A stretch of DNA of 64,000 nt from an uncultured Candidatus Saccharibacteria bacterium (GCA_964643545.1 CAZXTE010000002.1:18587-82586); one strand, 5' to 3'; counted from the stretch's first letter, positions 37,758-47,720 are shown. Numbers and translations: made by a program. The notes: generated from the letters alone by a model not told the origin.

Positions 37758-38849
37758 ATGCAAGGAGCATTAGAGAAACAACTAAACGAAGCAGAAGACG
37801 ACTATAAAAAGGCCGCAATCGTGTTGCAGCTTGAATCTCGCGCAAGTGAATTAACCAACTTACGTCAGCAGAGTCAGAATGCAGATTTTTGGAACGACAC
37901 AGATAACGCGCAGAGCACAATGCAGCAAATAGCAAAGCTCGAGTCACTTATCGACCCGTGGCAAAGGGTGATGCTAGAGATACAGGATTTGCGCGAGCTT
38001 GTGAACATGCGTGACGTCAGTCTGGAACCCGAGATAACCAAACAGTTAAACAACCTGGGCAGCAAGGTGGATGAATTAAAAGAACAGCTTAAGTTTAATG
38101 GGCCCTACGATACACACAACGCGCTACTGACGCTGTCTGCTGGAGCGGGTGGCACCGATGCGCAAGATTGGACACAAATGTTACTCAGAATGTATACCCG
38201 CTGGGCAGAACATAATAGCCTAAAGGTAAAACTCATAGAAGAGTCGGCCGGAGAAGAGGCTGGCTTGAAACGAGCAACCATAGAGATATCGGGCCCTTTT
38301 GTTTTTGGTAAGCTAAAAGGAGAACACGGGGTGCATCGTTTAGTTCGACTGAGCCCGTTTAATTCTGACAATCTTCGACAGACAAGTTTTGCAAAGGTAG
38401 ACGTTTTGCCTGAAGTTGAAAAGCCTGACGAATTAGCAATCGACCCCAAAGAACTAAAAATTGATGTGTATCGGGCAGGTGGTCATGGTGGGCAAAGTGT
38501 TAACACGACCGATTCTGCCGTGCGCGTAACGCACATACCAACGGGCATAACCGTTGCGATTCAGAATGAACGGTCACAGCTTCAGAATAAAGAAACGGCT
38601 ATGACTATCTTGCGTTCGCGTTTGGCGCAGTTACAGATTGAGCAGCACAAAGACAAGCTGTCAGAACTGAAGGGTCCCAATCAATCCGCAGAGTGGGGTA
38701 ATCAAATCCGTTCGTATGTACTACACCCATATAAACAAGTAAAAGATGTGCGTACTAAGTACGAAACCAGTGATGCGGAGGGTGTATTAGACGGTAACCT
38801 CGAACCATTCATACACGCATACTTAGAGTCGGTACTTGGGCAGAGTTAA
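37758..38849 (+). CDS. prfB: Peptide chain release factor 2 (single uninterrupted ORF, no programmed frameshift)
   Basis: SPF tripeptide (RLSPFNS) and GGQ ([23 protein letters not shown]). The full-length N-terminus is in one frame. Confidence 0.95.
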   Translation: MQGALEKQLNEAEDDYKKAAIVLQLESRASELTNLRQQSQNADFWNDTDNAQSTMQQIAKLESLIDPWQRVMLEIQDLRELVNMRDVSLEPEITKQLNNLGSKVDELKEQLKFNGPYDTHNALLTLSAGAGGTDAQDWTQMLLRMYTRWAEHNSLKVKLIEESAGEEAGLKRATIEISGPFVFGKLKGEHGVHRLVRLSPFNSDNLRQTSFAKVDVLPEVEKPDELAIDPKELKIDVYRAGGHGGQSVNTTDSAVRVTHIPTGITVAIQNERSQLQNKETAMTILRSRLAQLQIEQHKDKLSELKGPNQSAEWGNQIRSYVLHPYKQVKDVRTKYETSDAEGVLDGNLEPFIHAYLESVLGQS

Positions 38850-38888
38850 GTTCGAAAGCACAAGCGTTGTTTGCTATAATGGTGGGAC

Positions 38889-39569
38889 ATGATTCTTCTT
38901 GATCGAGTTACCAAAACCTACAACAAGTCATCCGTTGCCCTCGAGCGTATTAGTCTGCATGTCGAAGCAAAGGAATTTGTTATTATCGTGGGCCCCAGCG
39001 GGGCTGGTAAGTCGACCCTGTTAAAGCTTTTAACTAGAGAAGAGAAGCCGACAACGGGAAAAATTATTGTCGGTGGTATAGATTACGAGACCCTTAAAGA
39101 TAAAGAAATACCTTTATTGCGTCGTAAAATTGGCGTTGTTTTTCAGGACTTCAAGCTCTTGGCCAACAAGACAGTATACGAAAACGTCGCGTTTGCACTA
39201 GAGATTGTTGGTATGGGCAACAAAGAAATTCGACATACAGTGCCCAGGGTGTTAGATATTGTTGGCCTGAAGGGCAAAGAAAAGCGAATGCCCGTGGAAC
39301 TATCTGGTGGCGAAAGACAGCGAGTAGCGATTGCCAGGGCGATTGTTCGGCAACCACGCATTCTAATTGCCGATGAACCAACAGGAAATCTAGACCCAAA
39401 ACACGCTTGGGATGTTATTCGTGTCCTAGAAAAAATCAATCGTTTCGGAACTACGGTTATTCTAACGACCCATAATCAAGAGATCGTGAATCGCCTAAAA
39501 CGTCGAGTCATTACCATCCAAGATGGCAAGATCAGCAGTGACCGCGCTGGGGGAGCATACACGGCATGA
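38889..39569 (+). CDS. ftsE: Cell division ABC ATPase FtsE
   Basis: [29 protein letters not shown]. The gene is followed by ftsX. Confidence 0.9.
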   Translation: MILLDRVTKTYNKSSVALERISLHVEAKEFVIIVGPSGAGKSTLLKLLTREEKPTTGKIIVGGIDYETLKDKEIPLLRRKIGVVFQDFKLLANKTVYENVAFALEIVGMGNKEIRHTVPRVLDIVGLKGKEKRMPVELSGGERQRVAIARAIVRQPRILIADEPTGNLDPKHAWDVIRVLEKINRFGTTVILTTHNQEIVNRLKRRVITIQDGKISSDRAGGAYTA

Positions 39570-40510
39570 AGCGTTCAATGGTAACACTGCGCCGAATTAT
39601 ACGCACGGGGACGGTTAATTTTGTTCGTAATGCGTGGCTTGGGATGGCAGCAATGGCAGTTATGTTGATTACGCTAACCATCGTATTGTTCTCGGTTATT
39701 GCGAATGCGACCTTCACTAATACGGTGCAACAAATTACTGACAAAATAGACATCTCGGTATATCTAAAAGACTCGGTAGATGCTAAAACACGCACTAGTT
39801 TAGTAGACCAGGTAAAAGCGCTCGATAATGTGAAGTCGGTCCGCTATATATCCAAAGACGAGGCGCTGGAGCAATATAAAAAACAAAATGCCAGCAATGT
39901 AGATCTGTTGCTTGCGATCTCGCAGACAGACAATCCGCTGCCAGCAAGTTTACAGATTAAACCAAGAGATCCTAACAAAATTGAGTCTATAAAGGCCTTT
40001 CTAGAAAAGAAAGAAGTGAAAAGCCTGCAGTCAGACGAAACATCCTATTCGGGTGATCGCAAGGAGGCGATAGATAAAATTACTCACGCAACACGCTTTT
40101 TTCAACAGGCGGGAGTTGTGGGCGTTATTGTCTTCGCTATTATCTCTATGCTCATCATATTCAATACTATCCAGATGGCTATTTTTAACCGACGAGACGA
40201 GATCACCATTATGCGCTTACTCGGTGCCAGCACCAGCTTTATTCGCGGGCCGTTTATTGTTGAAAGCATCATGTACGGCATTGTCTCTGGGATCGCATCA
40301 ATTGCAATAATCCAGGGCTTATTTAAGCTTGCCTCAAATACGTTCGAGGCGAGTAGTCTAGGTCTTTTAGACATAAACTTCTCCAGTAGGTACTTTACGG
40401 GCCATTACTGGCAGATTGTGTTCCTGCAACTGGGGGTAGGTATAGCGATCGGGGCATTATCGTCCTTTATTGCTACGCATCGCTATTTGAAGTTTAAAAC
40501 AAGTAAGTGA
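39566..40510 (+). CDS. ftsX: Cell division permease-like protein FtsX
   Basis: ATGA overlap with ftsE. The layout is TM1, an extracellular domain, then a 3-TM FtsX bundle. Confidence 0.85.
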   Translation: MKRSMVTLRRIIRTGTVNFVRNAWLGMAAMAVMLITLTIVLFSVIANATFTNTVQQITDKIDISVYLKDSVDAKTRTSLVDQVKALDNVKSVRYISKDEALEQYKKQNASNVDLLLAISQTDNPLPASLQIKPRDPNKIESIKAFLEKKEVKSLQSDETSYSGDRKEAIDKITHATRFFQQAGVVGVIVFAIISMLIIFNTIQMAIFNRRDEITIMRLLGASTSFIRGPFIVESIMYGIVSGIASIAIIQGLFKLASNTFEASSLGLLDINFSSRYFTGHYWQIVFLQLGVGIAIGALSSFIATHRYLKFKTSK

Positions 40511-40567
40511 TAACATAAAACGAATAATTTGCAAGCACTTGCAGTATATGTTAAAATTGACAAGTAT

Positions 40568-41728
40568 ATGAAAATACAAAAAACCAATAAAAAAGATTAC
40601 AAAGTAACAGCGCGAAACAAACTTCGCTACCTACTTGTAGTGAGTGCCTTAATTGGCGCGTTGCTTGTGAGTCTTGTCTCTCCAGCTGCTACATCTCTTG
40701 TTCGTGCACAGTCCGTGCAAGATCAGATCAATGCGCTGCAGCAGGAAAATTCGCAGTACAGAAGTGCGCTCTCGCGTCTACGGGATGAGGCAACAAGCTA
40801 CCAAGATGCGATCAACAAACTACAGGCAGAAATAAACGCTGTACAAGCGCAGATAGACGCTAATACAAGAGAGCAAACAAGGCTAAACAACGAAATCGCC
40901 GCCGCCGAAGCTGAACTTGCGAAACAGAAAAAGCTTTTGGGTGAAAACATAAAGGCCATGTACTTGGAAGGGCAGATAACAACACTGGAAATGCTCGCCT
41001 CGAGTAAAGACTTGAGTGAATTTGTCGACAAAGAACAGTATCGAAACTCAGTAAAAGATAAGATCAAAACAACACTCGAAAAAATTACTGCCTTAAAACT
41101 AGAGCTGAATGTTAAGAAGGACGGAGTTGAAAAGCTGCTTGAGCAACAACGTCGCCAGCAGGCCCAACTTGCCGACGGACGTTCAGAACAATCCAGTTTA
41201 CTAACGTACAATCAGAGCCAGCAGGCCGACTTCAACCAGAAGACCAAAGATAACCAATCAAAGATAGACGGTCTAATCGCCTCTCAGCGTCGGGCTAACT
41301 TTAATCCTGATGGTGGCTATTATTTCCTGCGTTTTTCTGGGGCGGCAGCTGACTTTAGTCCGGACAGCTATCCGTATAAGAATGCCGGCTTTGGTATGAG
41401 CCCTGGTCCAGGCTGCGTGGATAATGATGGTCCCGACAGGTGGGGCTACTGCACTAGACAATGTGTTTCGTACGCTGCTTGGGCGGTTGAAGCCTCTGGC
41501 CGGTCAGCACCCATGTATTATGGTAACGCGCGGGACTGGGTGGCTGCGGCCTATGCAAGAGGTGTCGCTGTTTATCGATCGCCGCAACCAGGTGACGTCG
41601 CCATTAGTACGGCCGGCTATTGGGGACATGCTATGTATGTTGAGAGTGTTTCTGGGAATACATTTACGACCTCGGAGTACAATACCTATCTCGATGGTCG
41701 TCTCAGCTACCAAACACGTAGATTCTAA
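40568..41728 (+). CDS. Secreted coiled-coil peptidoglycan hydrolase with a C-terminal CHAP domain (PcsB-like)
   Basis: Signal/anchor sequence, about 200 aa of heptad-rich coiled coil, and a CHAP Cys/His context (CTRQCVSYAAWAV ... GDVAIS ... GHAMYVESV). Promoter: TTGCAA 40529-40534, 17 nt, TAAAAT 40552-40557. Confidence 0.7.
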   Translation: MKIQKTNKKDYKVTARNKLRYLLVVSALIGALLVSLVSPAATSLVRAQSVQDQINALQQENSQYRSALSRLRDEATSYQDAINKLQAEINAVQAQIDANTREQTRLNNEIAAAEAELAKQKKLLGENIKAMYLEGQITTLEMLASSKDLSEFVDKEQYRNSVKDKIKTTLEKITALKLELNVKKDGVEKLLEQQRRQQAQLADGRSEQSSLLTYNQSQQADFNQKTKDNQSKIDGLIASQRRANFNPDGGYYFLRFSGAAADFSPDSYPYKNAGFGMSPGPGCVDNDGPDRWGYCTRQCVSYAAWAVEASGRSAPMYYGNARDWVAAAYARGVAVYRSPQPGDVAISTAGYWGHAMYVESVSGNTFTTSEYNTYLDGRLSYQTRRF

Positions 41729-41771
41729 TAGTGCAACTAACAGAATATCGTTACAATAAAGTATTAAGGTA

Positions 41772-43004
41772 ATGGGGAGAACATGTGTGAATAGTCCTTT
41801 CAAAACAGGCAATAGTCAAGTAAAAAATAGAAAGTGGCCAAAGCGAGTGTTAGGGCTTGTTGTTGGGGCGATCATATTCTCACTTGGTGTGCAGTACGGA
41901 CAAGGGAATATAGGTGGTGGCTTGTCTATCAACCCAGCCAACAAGCAGCTAGGCAGTCTTGACTACCAGAGCGTCAACGCAGTATATAGCCAGCTAAAAA
42001 AGGACTACGACGGTAAACTCGACAAGGACAAGTTACTAGATGGGCTAAAGGCAGGCCTCACACAAGCAGCCGGAGACCCGTATACCGAATATCTCAATGC
42101 TGACGCAGCCAAAGAATTTGACAGCGACCTAAACGGGTCATTTACAGGTGTTGGTGCAGAGTTAAGCAAAGACGTGACCACGAAAAGCATTATCATTGTT
42201 GCGCCACTGTCTGGGTTCCCCGCAGAAAAGGCAGGCTTACGACCCAAAGATGTTATTGCCGAAATCGATGGCAAGAGCGCCAATGATCTAAGTATTAGCG
42301 AGGCAGTAAAGCGCATTCGTGGCCCCAAAGGCACAAAGGTGAAGCTAAAAGTTGTTCGGGACGATGCACAGGCCTTCGATGTAGAAATTGAGCGAGCCGA
42401 AATAACCATTCCAAGCGTCGAGAGCAAAATAGATGGCAACATCGGGTACATTAAAGTGTCTCGGTTTGCCGAGGACACGGTGCAATTAAGTAAAGACGCA
42501 GCACAGAAGTTTAAAAGTGCCAATGTAAAAGGGGTTGTTCTGGATGTTCGTGGTGATCCAGGCGGGCTACTTGATGCAGCTGTTGGTGTGTCGAGTTTGT
42601 GGCTCAAAGACAAGACTGTCCTAACGGAGAGAAGAGACGGTCAGGTTATCCGGACCTATCGTTCCGAAGGGACGGCAACATTGGCAGGCATACCAACTAT
42701 TGTGTTAATAGACGAAGGTAGTGCCAGTGCCAGTGAGATTACCGCAGGTGCACTACGAGATAACGGAGCAGCAAAATTATACGGCCAAAAGAGTTTTGGC
42801 AAGGGCAGTGTCCAGCAGCTACAGCGTTTGGCGGCCGGAGGTATACTAAAGGTTACTGTTGCCCGATGGTTTACTCCAAACGGCAAGAACATCGACAAAG
42901 CGGGTCTTGAACCCGATACTAAAGTGGAGCGCACGGCGGACGACTTTAAAAATAATCGTGATCCGCAACTTGATAAAGCCAAACAAGCACTACTTGGGCA
43001 ATAA
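41772..43004 (+). CDS. ctpA: S41 C-terminal processing peptidase with PDZ
   Basis: FTGVGAEL, a PDZ segment, VLDVRGDPGGLL, GSASASEI and SFGKGSVQ motifs. Confidence 0.85.
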   Translation: MGRTCVNSPFKTGNSQVKNRKWPKRVLGLVVGAIIFSLGVQYGQGNIGGGLSINPANKQLGSLDYQSVNAVYSQLKKDYDGKLDKDKLLDGLKAGLTQAAGDPYTEYLNADAAKEFDSDLNGSFTGVGAELSKDVTTKSIIIVAPLSGFPAEKAGLRPKDVIAEIDGKSANDLSISEAVKRIRGPKGTKVKLKVVRDDAQAFDVEIERAEITIPSVESKIDGNIGYIKVSRFAEDTVQLSKDAAQKFKSANVKGVVLDVRGDPGGLLDAAVGVSSLWLKDKTVLTERRDGQVIRTYRSEGTATLAGIPTIVLIDEGSASASEITAGALRDNGAAKLYGQKSFGKGSVQQLQRLAAGGILKVTVARWFTPNGKNIDKAGLEPDTKVERTADDFKNNRDPQLDKAKQALLGQ

Positions 43005-43069
43005 AGCGCTTGCGTAAACATGCGCTAACAGGTAGTATCGATAAGTAAAACTGAAAGGGTGCAGTAGAG

Positions 43070-44674
43070 GTGACGAAACCTGTTAAGTTTGTGTTTGTTA
43101 CTGGTGGCGTTCTTTCCGGACTCGGAAAGGGTATCACCGCCGCCTCTATCGGGAACATCCTTAAGGCTCGCGGCCTCAAAGTAAACGCCCAAAAACTAGA
43201 CCCATACCTAAACGTCGATGCCGGAACCCTAAATCCTGCAGAGCATGGTGAGTGCTTTGTCACCAAAGATGGTGCCGAAACTGATCTAGACCTCGGCCAT
43301 TACGAACGTTTCTTAGATGTTGAAATGACGACCAAAAGCTCAGTCATGAGTGGTAAAATTATCAGCAAACTTATTGCCGACGAGCGCGCCGGAAAGTTTC
43401 TTGGTAAAACTGTGCAAGTCGTGCCACACCTTACCAACGCCATCCAAGACGCGATCATCGCAGCCAGCGAGGGTTTTGATGTGCAAATTGTAGAGATCGG
43501 TGGCACAGTTGGCGATTACGAGAGCCCGGCATTTTTTGAAGCAATTCGTGAACTTGGAGCAAAAGTAGGCAAGCAAAATTGTGCCTATGTACACGTCGTC
43601 TACATGCCATATTTATCAACAAGCCAAGAAATAAAGACAAAACCGGCGCAGAATGCAGTACGGGATTTGCGCAGTCTTGGCATTGTGCCAGATGTACTGG
43701 TGGCGCGTAGTGAAGTGGCCGATATATCTGATCCACGAGAAAAACTCAGCGCCTTCTGCGGTGTCGCAAAAGAGGGCATTGCTATACTGCCAAATGCTAA
43801 GTCGGTTTACGAAGTCCCATTAACATTAGAAGCCCAGGGTATTGGTGCCTATATCACGAAACAGCTTGGTTTGCCGAGCAAAAAACCACATTTAAAAGAG
43901 TGGGAACAGATGGTTTCTGCAGTAAAACAATCGCCAAAACATACAAAGAGAATAGGTGTTGTAGCAAAATATCTAGACAATCAAGACACCTATATGTCGG
44001 TCTTTGAGGCATTAAAAGCAGCAGCCTGGAGTCAGGAAACTAAGTTGGACATTGTCTGGGTAGATGCTGAAGCAATCGAGAAAGCGGGCAATGCAAACAG
44101 CGCTTTGAAAAACCTTGATGGCATTGTTGTGCCGGGTGGCTTTGGCTCGCGTGGTGTCGAGGGCAAGATCATGGCTGCACAGCACGCACTTAAGAGTAGC
44201 TTGCCGTACCTTGGCTTGTGTTTAGGGTTGCAGGTTGGCGTGATTGCTGCCGCAAGAAACGCCGGTCTTGCTAATGCAAATACAGCAGAAATTGATCCGA
44301 ATGGAACTGAGTTAGTCATAGATACCATGGCTGATCAAAAGGGCAAAGAAAACACGGGTGGTACCATGCGTTTGGGTGATTATCCGTGTATTCTAGACAA
44401 GAATAGTCTGGCTGCACAACTGTACAAATCTTCAAAAATTACCGAGCGACATCGTCACCGATACGAATGCAGTAACGCTTATGTAGACAAGTATGAGACA
44501 TGGGGTATTGTACCCGTCGGCAAATCGCCAGACGGTCAGTTAGTAGAGATGATAGAAGGTAAAGAGCACCCATTTTTTGTTGCGAGTCAATTCCACCCAG
44601 AGTTCCGATCTCGTCCAAATAGACCACACCCAATGTTCTCTGGTTTTGTGACGAGTTTGCTTGCCAAAAAATGA
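43070..44674 (+). CDS. pyrG: CTP synthase
   Basis: KFVFVTGGVLSGLGKGITAAS and a GATase domain (GLCLGLQ, FHPEF). GTG start. Promoter TTGCGT, 17 nt, TAGTAT upstream. Confidence 0.95.
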   Translation: MTKPVKFVFVTGGVLSGLGKGITAASIGNILKARGLKVNAQKLDPYLNVDAGTLNPAEHGECFVTKDGAETDLDLGHYERFLDVEMTTKSSVMSGKIISKLIADERAGKFLGKTVQVVPHLTNAIQDAIIAASEGFDVQIVEIGGTVGDYESPAFFEAIRELGAKVGKQNCAYVHVVYMPYLSTSQEIKTKPAQNAVRDLRSLGIVPDVLVARSEVADISDPREKLSAFCGVAKEGIAILPNAKSVYEVPLTLEAQGIGAYITKQLGLPSKKPHLKEWEQMVSAVKQSPKHTKRIGVVAKYLDNQDTYMSVFEALKAAAWSQETKLDIVWVDAEAIEKAGNANSALKNLDGIVVPGGFGSRGVEGKIMAAQHALKSSLPYLGLCLGLQVGVIAAARNAGLANANTAEIDPNGTELVIDTMADQKGKENTGGTMRLGDYPCILDKNSLAAQLYKSSKITERHRHRYECSNAYVDKYETWGIVPVGKSPDGQLVEMIEGKEHPFFVASQFHPEFRSRPNRPHPMFSGFVTSLLAKK

Positions 44675-44696
44675 TAATTGTCGTAGCATAAGTGTT

Positions 44697-45104
44697 ATGG
44701 ATGAACCAAAACAAACCAGTGACGCAGGCAAAGTTCAGAAGAAGATTCTACTTGTAGAAGACGATGATGCGCTCGCCAGTGTATATCAAACACGATTGCA
44801 AGCAGAAGGCTTCGATGTTCGTCGTGTCCCCAATGGCGAAGACGCGCTCGCAGCCGCATTAGAATATAAGCCAGACCTAACATTACTCGATGTCATGATG
44901 CCCAAGGTTAGTGGTTTCGATGTACTAGATATTCTTCGTAACACACCCGAAACAGCTAAGATCAAGGTTATTATGCTAACTGCACTCAGCCAAGAGAGCG
45001 ACAAAGATCGTGCCAAGAACCTCGGTGTAGACGACTATCTTGTGAAATCCCAGGTTGTGATCGCAGATGTAGTAGATCGCATCAAGCAACACCTCGGCGT
45101 TTAA
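44697..45104 (+). CDS. Single-domain response regulator (CheY-like receiver)
   Basis: LLVEDDD, DLTLLDVMMP (phospho-Asp), MLTA and YLVKS form a complete receiver signature. No output domain and no adjacent kinase. Confidence 0.85.
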   Translation: MDEPKQTSDAGKVQKKILLVEDDDALASVYQTRLQAEGFDVRRVPNGEDALAAALEYKPDLTLLDVMMPKVSGFDVLDILRNTPETAKIKVIMLTALSQESDKDRAKNLGVDDYLVKSQVVIADVVDRIKQHLGV

Positions 45105-45145
45105 TATATTGCTTATCCTATAGTTTTAGTATATAATATATTTGT

Positions 45146-45649
45146 ATGGATAGTTTTGGTATTCCCGGCGATGTTAACGATTCGCCCGAAGGCATGCCCG
45201 GCCCTGTTTCTCCGCACGTATTGCTCGCCATGCAAACAAATGTAGGTTTTCTATTTGATTTGTCACGGGCACAGCCAGATGACTTTATTAGTTTTGTGGT
45301 TCGACCTATGGTGCCATCGCTGATAAGACAAGATGTAACTGTCGGTCTGGTTGACCGTATGAGCGCCACAATTATTAATGACGTACTGTTAACTACTGAT
45401 GCCTGGAAGGTGGAAGAGGCCGAGCAGAGTCCTGACGGACAGGCCATAACGTTATATGCAGGAACGCTCGGCAATGATAGGGTGGTATATCTTGAAAAAA
45501 TCATAAATCATCGTACAGATGAGCAAGGCCATCAGGTCGCAGAAGTTCGACTGATTGGTTCTATGAAGCGTCCCAAGATGCCCGAGCAAGCCGGTGTCAC
45601 GAAAGAAAGTAAATTTAGAAAACTTGCAAATTGGATACTTCGATCATAA
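45146..45649 (+). CDS. Hypothetical protein (167 aa)
   Basis: ORF with a TATAAT box (45132-45137) 8 nt before the ATG. No motif recognised. Confidence 0.5.
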   Translation: MDSFGIPGDVNDSPEGMPGPVSPHVLLAMQTNVGFLFDLSRAQPDDFISFVVRPMVPSLIRQDVTVGLVDRMSATIINDVLLTTDAWKVEEAEQSPDGQAITLYAGTLGNDRVVYLEKIINHRTDEQGHQVAEVRLIGSMKRPKMPEQAGVTKESKFRKLANWILRS

Positions 45650-45721
45650 ATTATCAACAACATGCTATTGCTTATTTGTAATATTTATGCTAATGTTTAT
45701 CTGTAAATAAAAAAAACAAAC

Positions 45722-47332
45722 ATGTCGGCAGATATCCCAGAATCAAATCAATCACCACAACACGAAACAATTGGTTTTCAAGATGGTTTGAGGCTGCAGC
45801 TGTTGGCCGAACGACGTGACCGAGTTTTGGCTCAGAAACTAGACTTTGCTGCTCGGTCAACAACCGAGGGTGTTGTTCCCGATATGACTACAATCCTCGA
45901 ACTGTCAGAGAGCTACACCGGCGTCGACTGCGGTTACCAGCCAAGCGCTTTTTCTCGAGTAGAGCGCAAGATGCTAGATGAGGCGGCCCACAAAGCAAAC
46001 ATTCCCGTTCATGCAGGGGACAGTCTCGCCGTGGGCACTACCGAGCCAGTGATTGTGTGGCAAGACTTCGAAAATGGTCGCCAGACAATCCGATATCGTG
46101 ATGGATCGGGCACATTTAGAAACGCTTTGGCAGAAGTCGTAGACGAGGTTGCAAGACCTTTCAAGCGGATTGGGAATCGAGTTCAGCTTGACCAAGCGGT
46201 ACTATCAGAGGAAGCATATGATCTCTCGGATGAGAAGGTGGATACCGTCATGCTATTTATGCTGAGTAACCCAAAAACAAAGATGCTCGCTAAAGATCGT
46301 GCAGTATTTACAGAGTCGCTGTATCGGCTACCAGTTCATTTGCCGGAAGACCGAAACGATCCCAAAGTCTCAGCAGCCGGCGTATATTTTGACGAGGACG
46401 GTAATTTAGTTAAGATTCTGCAAGAAGTGGGTAGAACAACGGGTGTTTATCATGGAATGTACTTTGATCCGGGAACTCATGTAGATCCGACCGAAACCAG
46501 CTTTAAGCTTGGCGTTGAGATTGGTGTGGATCGAGCTCTACTAGAACCCGATAGTACTAATTTGTTCCTTGTTGACCCATTTCTTGAGCAGCCAACGGGT
46601 AAGGCGCTTACTCGGAGTATTGAATCCCTGCAACTAACACCCTCGTCAAGACTAGTTAATATTCTAGAGGCGCAAGACGGGTCCTATGGTTACGATGACC
46701 TCTACGGTAATAGCTATTCAGAACTAACCCGCGAAGTCGCAAAGTTCATCAACGATCCGAGTAGGCCAGTTAGTGAGCTGTTTCAAGATGAGGATGCTGC
46801 ATCGAAACTCAAAACAATGGATCTTGCAACAATCGAAGACCTTGCAACCCGAGTATTCTTTGAATTGCTTCAGAAGGCGCTAAAAAGAGAAGAGGGTCAA
46901 AATTTTGAATCGGAGGTTCCTGTATTTGAAGGCAAGATACACATGCGCCAGAGCGCGTGCAGAGATGCGGAATACTATTTTTGTGCAGACGTAGACGAGG
47001 GAGGCTATGATGTTGTTGATGTTCAGGGTAAACCAATGCTACACAAGTACTCAGGCGGTAAAACAGCGATTAACCTCGAGCCTCTCATCTATAAGGGTGT
47101 AGAGATCCCTGCAGGTGGATTGTTCCAACGACATCGTGACGAAGAGGGAAAGACCTCCTACGCATTTGTGCGCATGACAACCTATGCACTAGATGAGCAA
47201 TCGGCTGCATCGGCCTATACATGGCAATATGAAAAGATTAAACAAGTTAAACCTAATGGTGATATATCGCTCCAAAAACTTAAAATGCTAGTGAAAAAGC
47301 AGCCCGCTACAGCAGCTAACCAGACCGAGTAA
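45722..47332 (+). CDS. Hypothetical protein (536 aa), predicted cytoplasmic
   Basis: Long ORF with coding-like composition. Own promoter: TTGCTT 45668-45673, 17 nt, TGcTAATGT 45688-45696. No motif recognised. Confidence 0.55.
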   Translation: MSADIPESNQSPQHETIGFQDGLRLQLLAERRDRVLAQKLDFAARSTTEGVVPDMTTILELSESYTGVDCGYQPSAFSRVERKMLDEAAHKANIPVHAGDSLAVGTTEPVIVWQDFENGRQTIRYRDGSGTFRNALAEVVDEVARPFKRIGNRVQLDQAVLSEEAYDLSDEKVDTVMLFMLSNPKTKMLAKDRAVFTESLYRLPVHLPEDRNDPKVSAAGVYFDEDGNLVKILQEVGRTTGVYHGMYFDPGTHVDPTETSFKLGVEIGVDRALLEPDSTNLFLVDPFLEQPTGKALTRSIESLQLTPSSRLVNILEAQDGSYGYDDLYGNSYSELTREVAKFINDPSRPVSELFQDEDAASKLKTMDLATIEDLATRVFFELLQKALKREEGQNFESEVPVFEGKIHMRQSACRDAEYYFCADVDEGGYDVVDVQGKPMLHKYSGGKTAINLEPLIYKGVEIPAGGLFQRHRDEEGKTSYAFVRMTTYALDEQSAASAYTWQYEKIKQVKPNGDISLQKLKMLVKKQPATAANQTE

Positions 47333-47334
47333 TG

Positions 47335-47363
47335 TTGACATATACTAAGAATAGTGCTATGAT
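47335..47363 (+). promoter_or_regulatory. Near-consensus sigma70 promoter for the 83-codon ORF
   Basis: TTGACA 47335-47340, 17 nt, TGcTATGAT (-10 at 47358-47363). Confidence 0.6.
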
Positions 47364-47397
47364 GTCAGCAGATCAGAACTAACAAAAAGGAATAAAA

Positions 47398-47649
47398 ATG
47401 CCACAAGAAAACGGACCAACTGACCCAAACGGAGCAAACTTTGCTGTACCTACGCATGCCGTAGAAGCGCAAGCCGCACATTTGCAAGATATAAGTCGTT
47501 CGTTGCCCCCAGCTCAAACAAGCCACAGGGCTGAGTATTGGACGCCGCCCACAGATGCACAGGTAGCTAAGGCTGCTAGGTACGGTTTTGATCTAACTCA
47601 ACAGGAAAAATATCATTCCCCAGCTACGTGGGCAAACAGAAACAAGTAG
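47398..47649 (+). CDS. Hypothetical small protein (83 aa), low-complexity/disordered-looking
   Basis: AAGGA SD 7 nt upstream, a strong promoter, and a terminator downstream. Confidence 0.45.
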   Translation: MPQENGPTDPNGANFAVPTHAVEAQAAHLQDISRSLPPAQTSHRAEYWTPPTDAQVAKAARYGFDLTQQEKYHSPATWANRNK

Positions 47650-47666
47650 CCTTTAGACGCAGTGTT

Positions 47667-47692
47667 AAAAAACAGCCAAACGGGCTGTTTTT
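47667..47692. terminator. Bidirectional intrinsic terminator (convergent 83-codon ORF / rpmA)
   Basis: AAAAAACAGCC AAAC GGCTGTTTTTT. A GC stem is flanked by an A-tract and a T-tract. Confidence 0.75.
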
Positions 47693-47720
47693 TATTGCAA
47701 AACCTCATGCTTCTATGCAG

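Noticed and set aside
11625-38849. Possible alternative genetic code (UGA recoding, as in some CPR lineages).
   Set aside because: Both RF1 (PST motif) and RF2 (SPF motif) are present. TGA also terminates well-supported genes, for example serS at 33359-33361 and ftsE at 39567-39569. The standard code 11 applies. RF2 lacks the programmed +1 frameshift, but that is common among bacteria.
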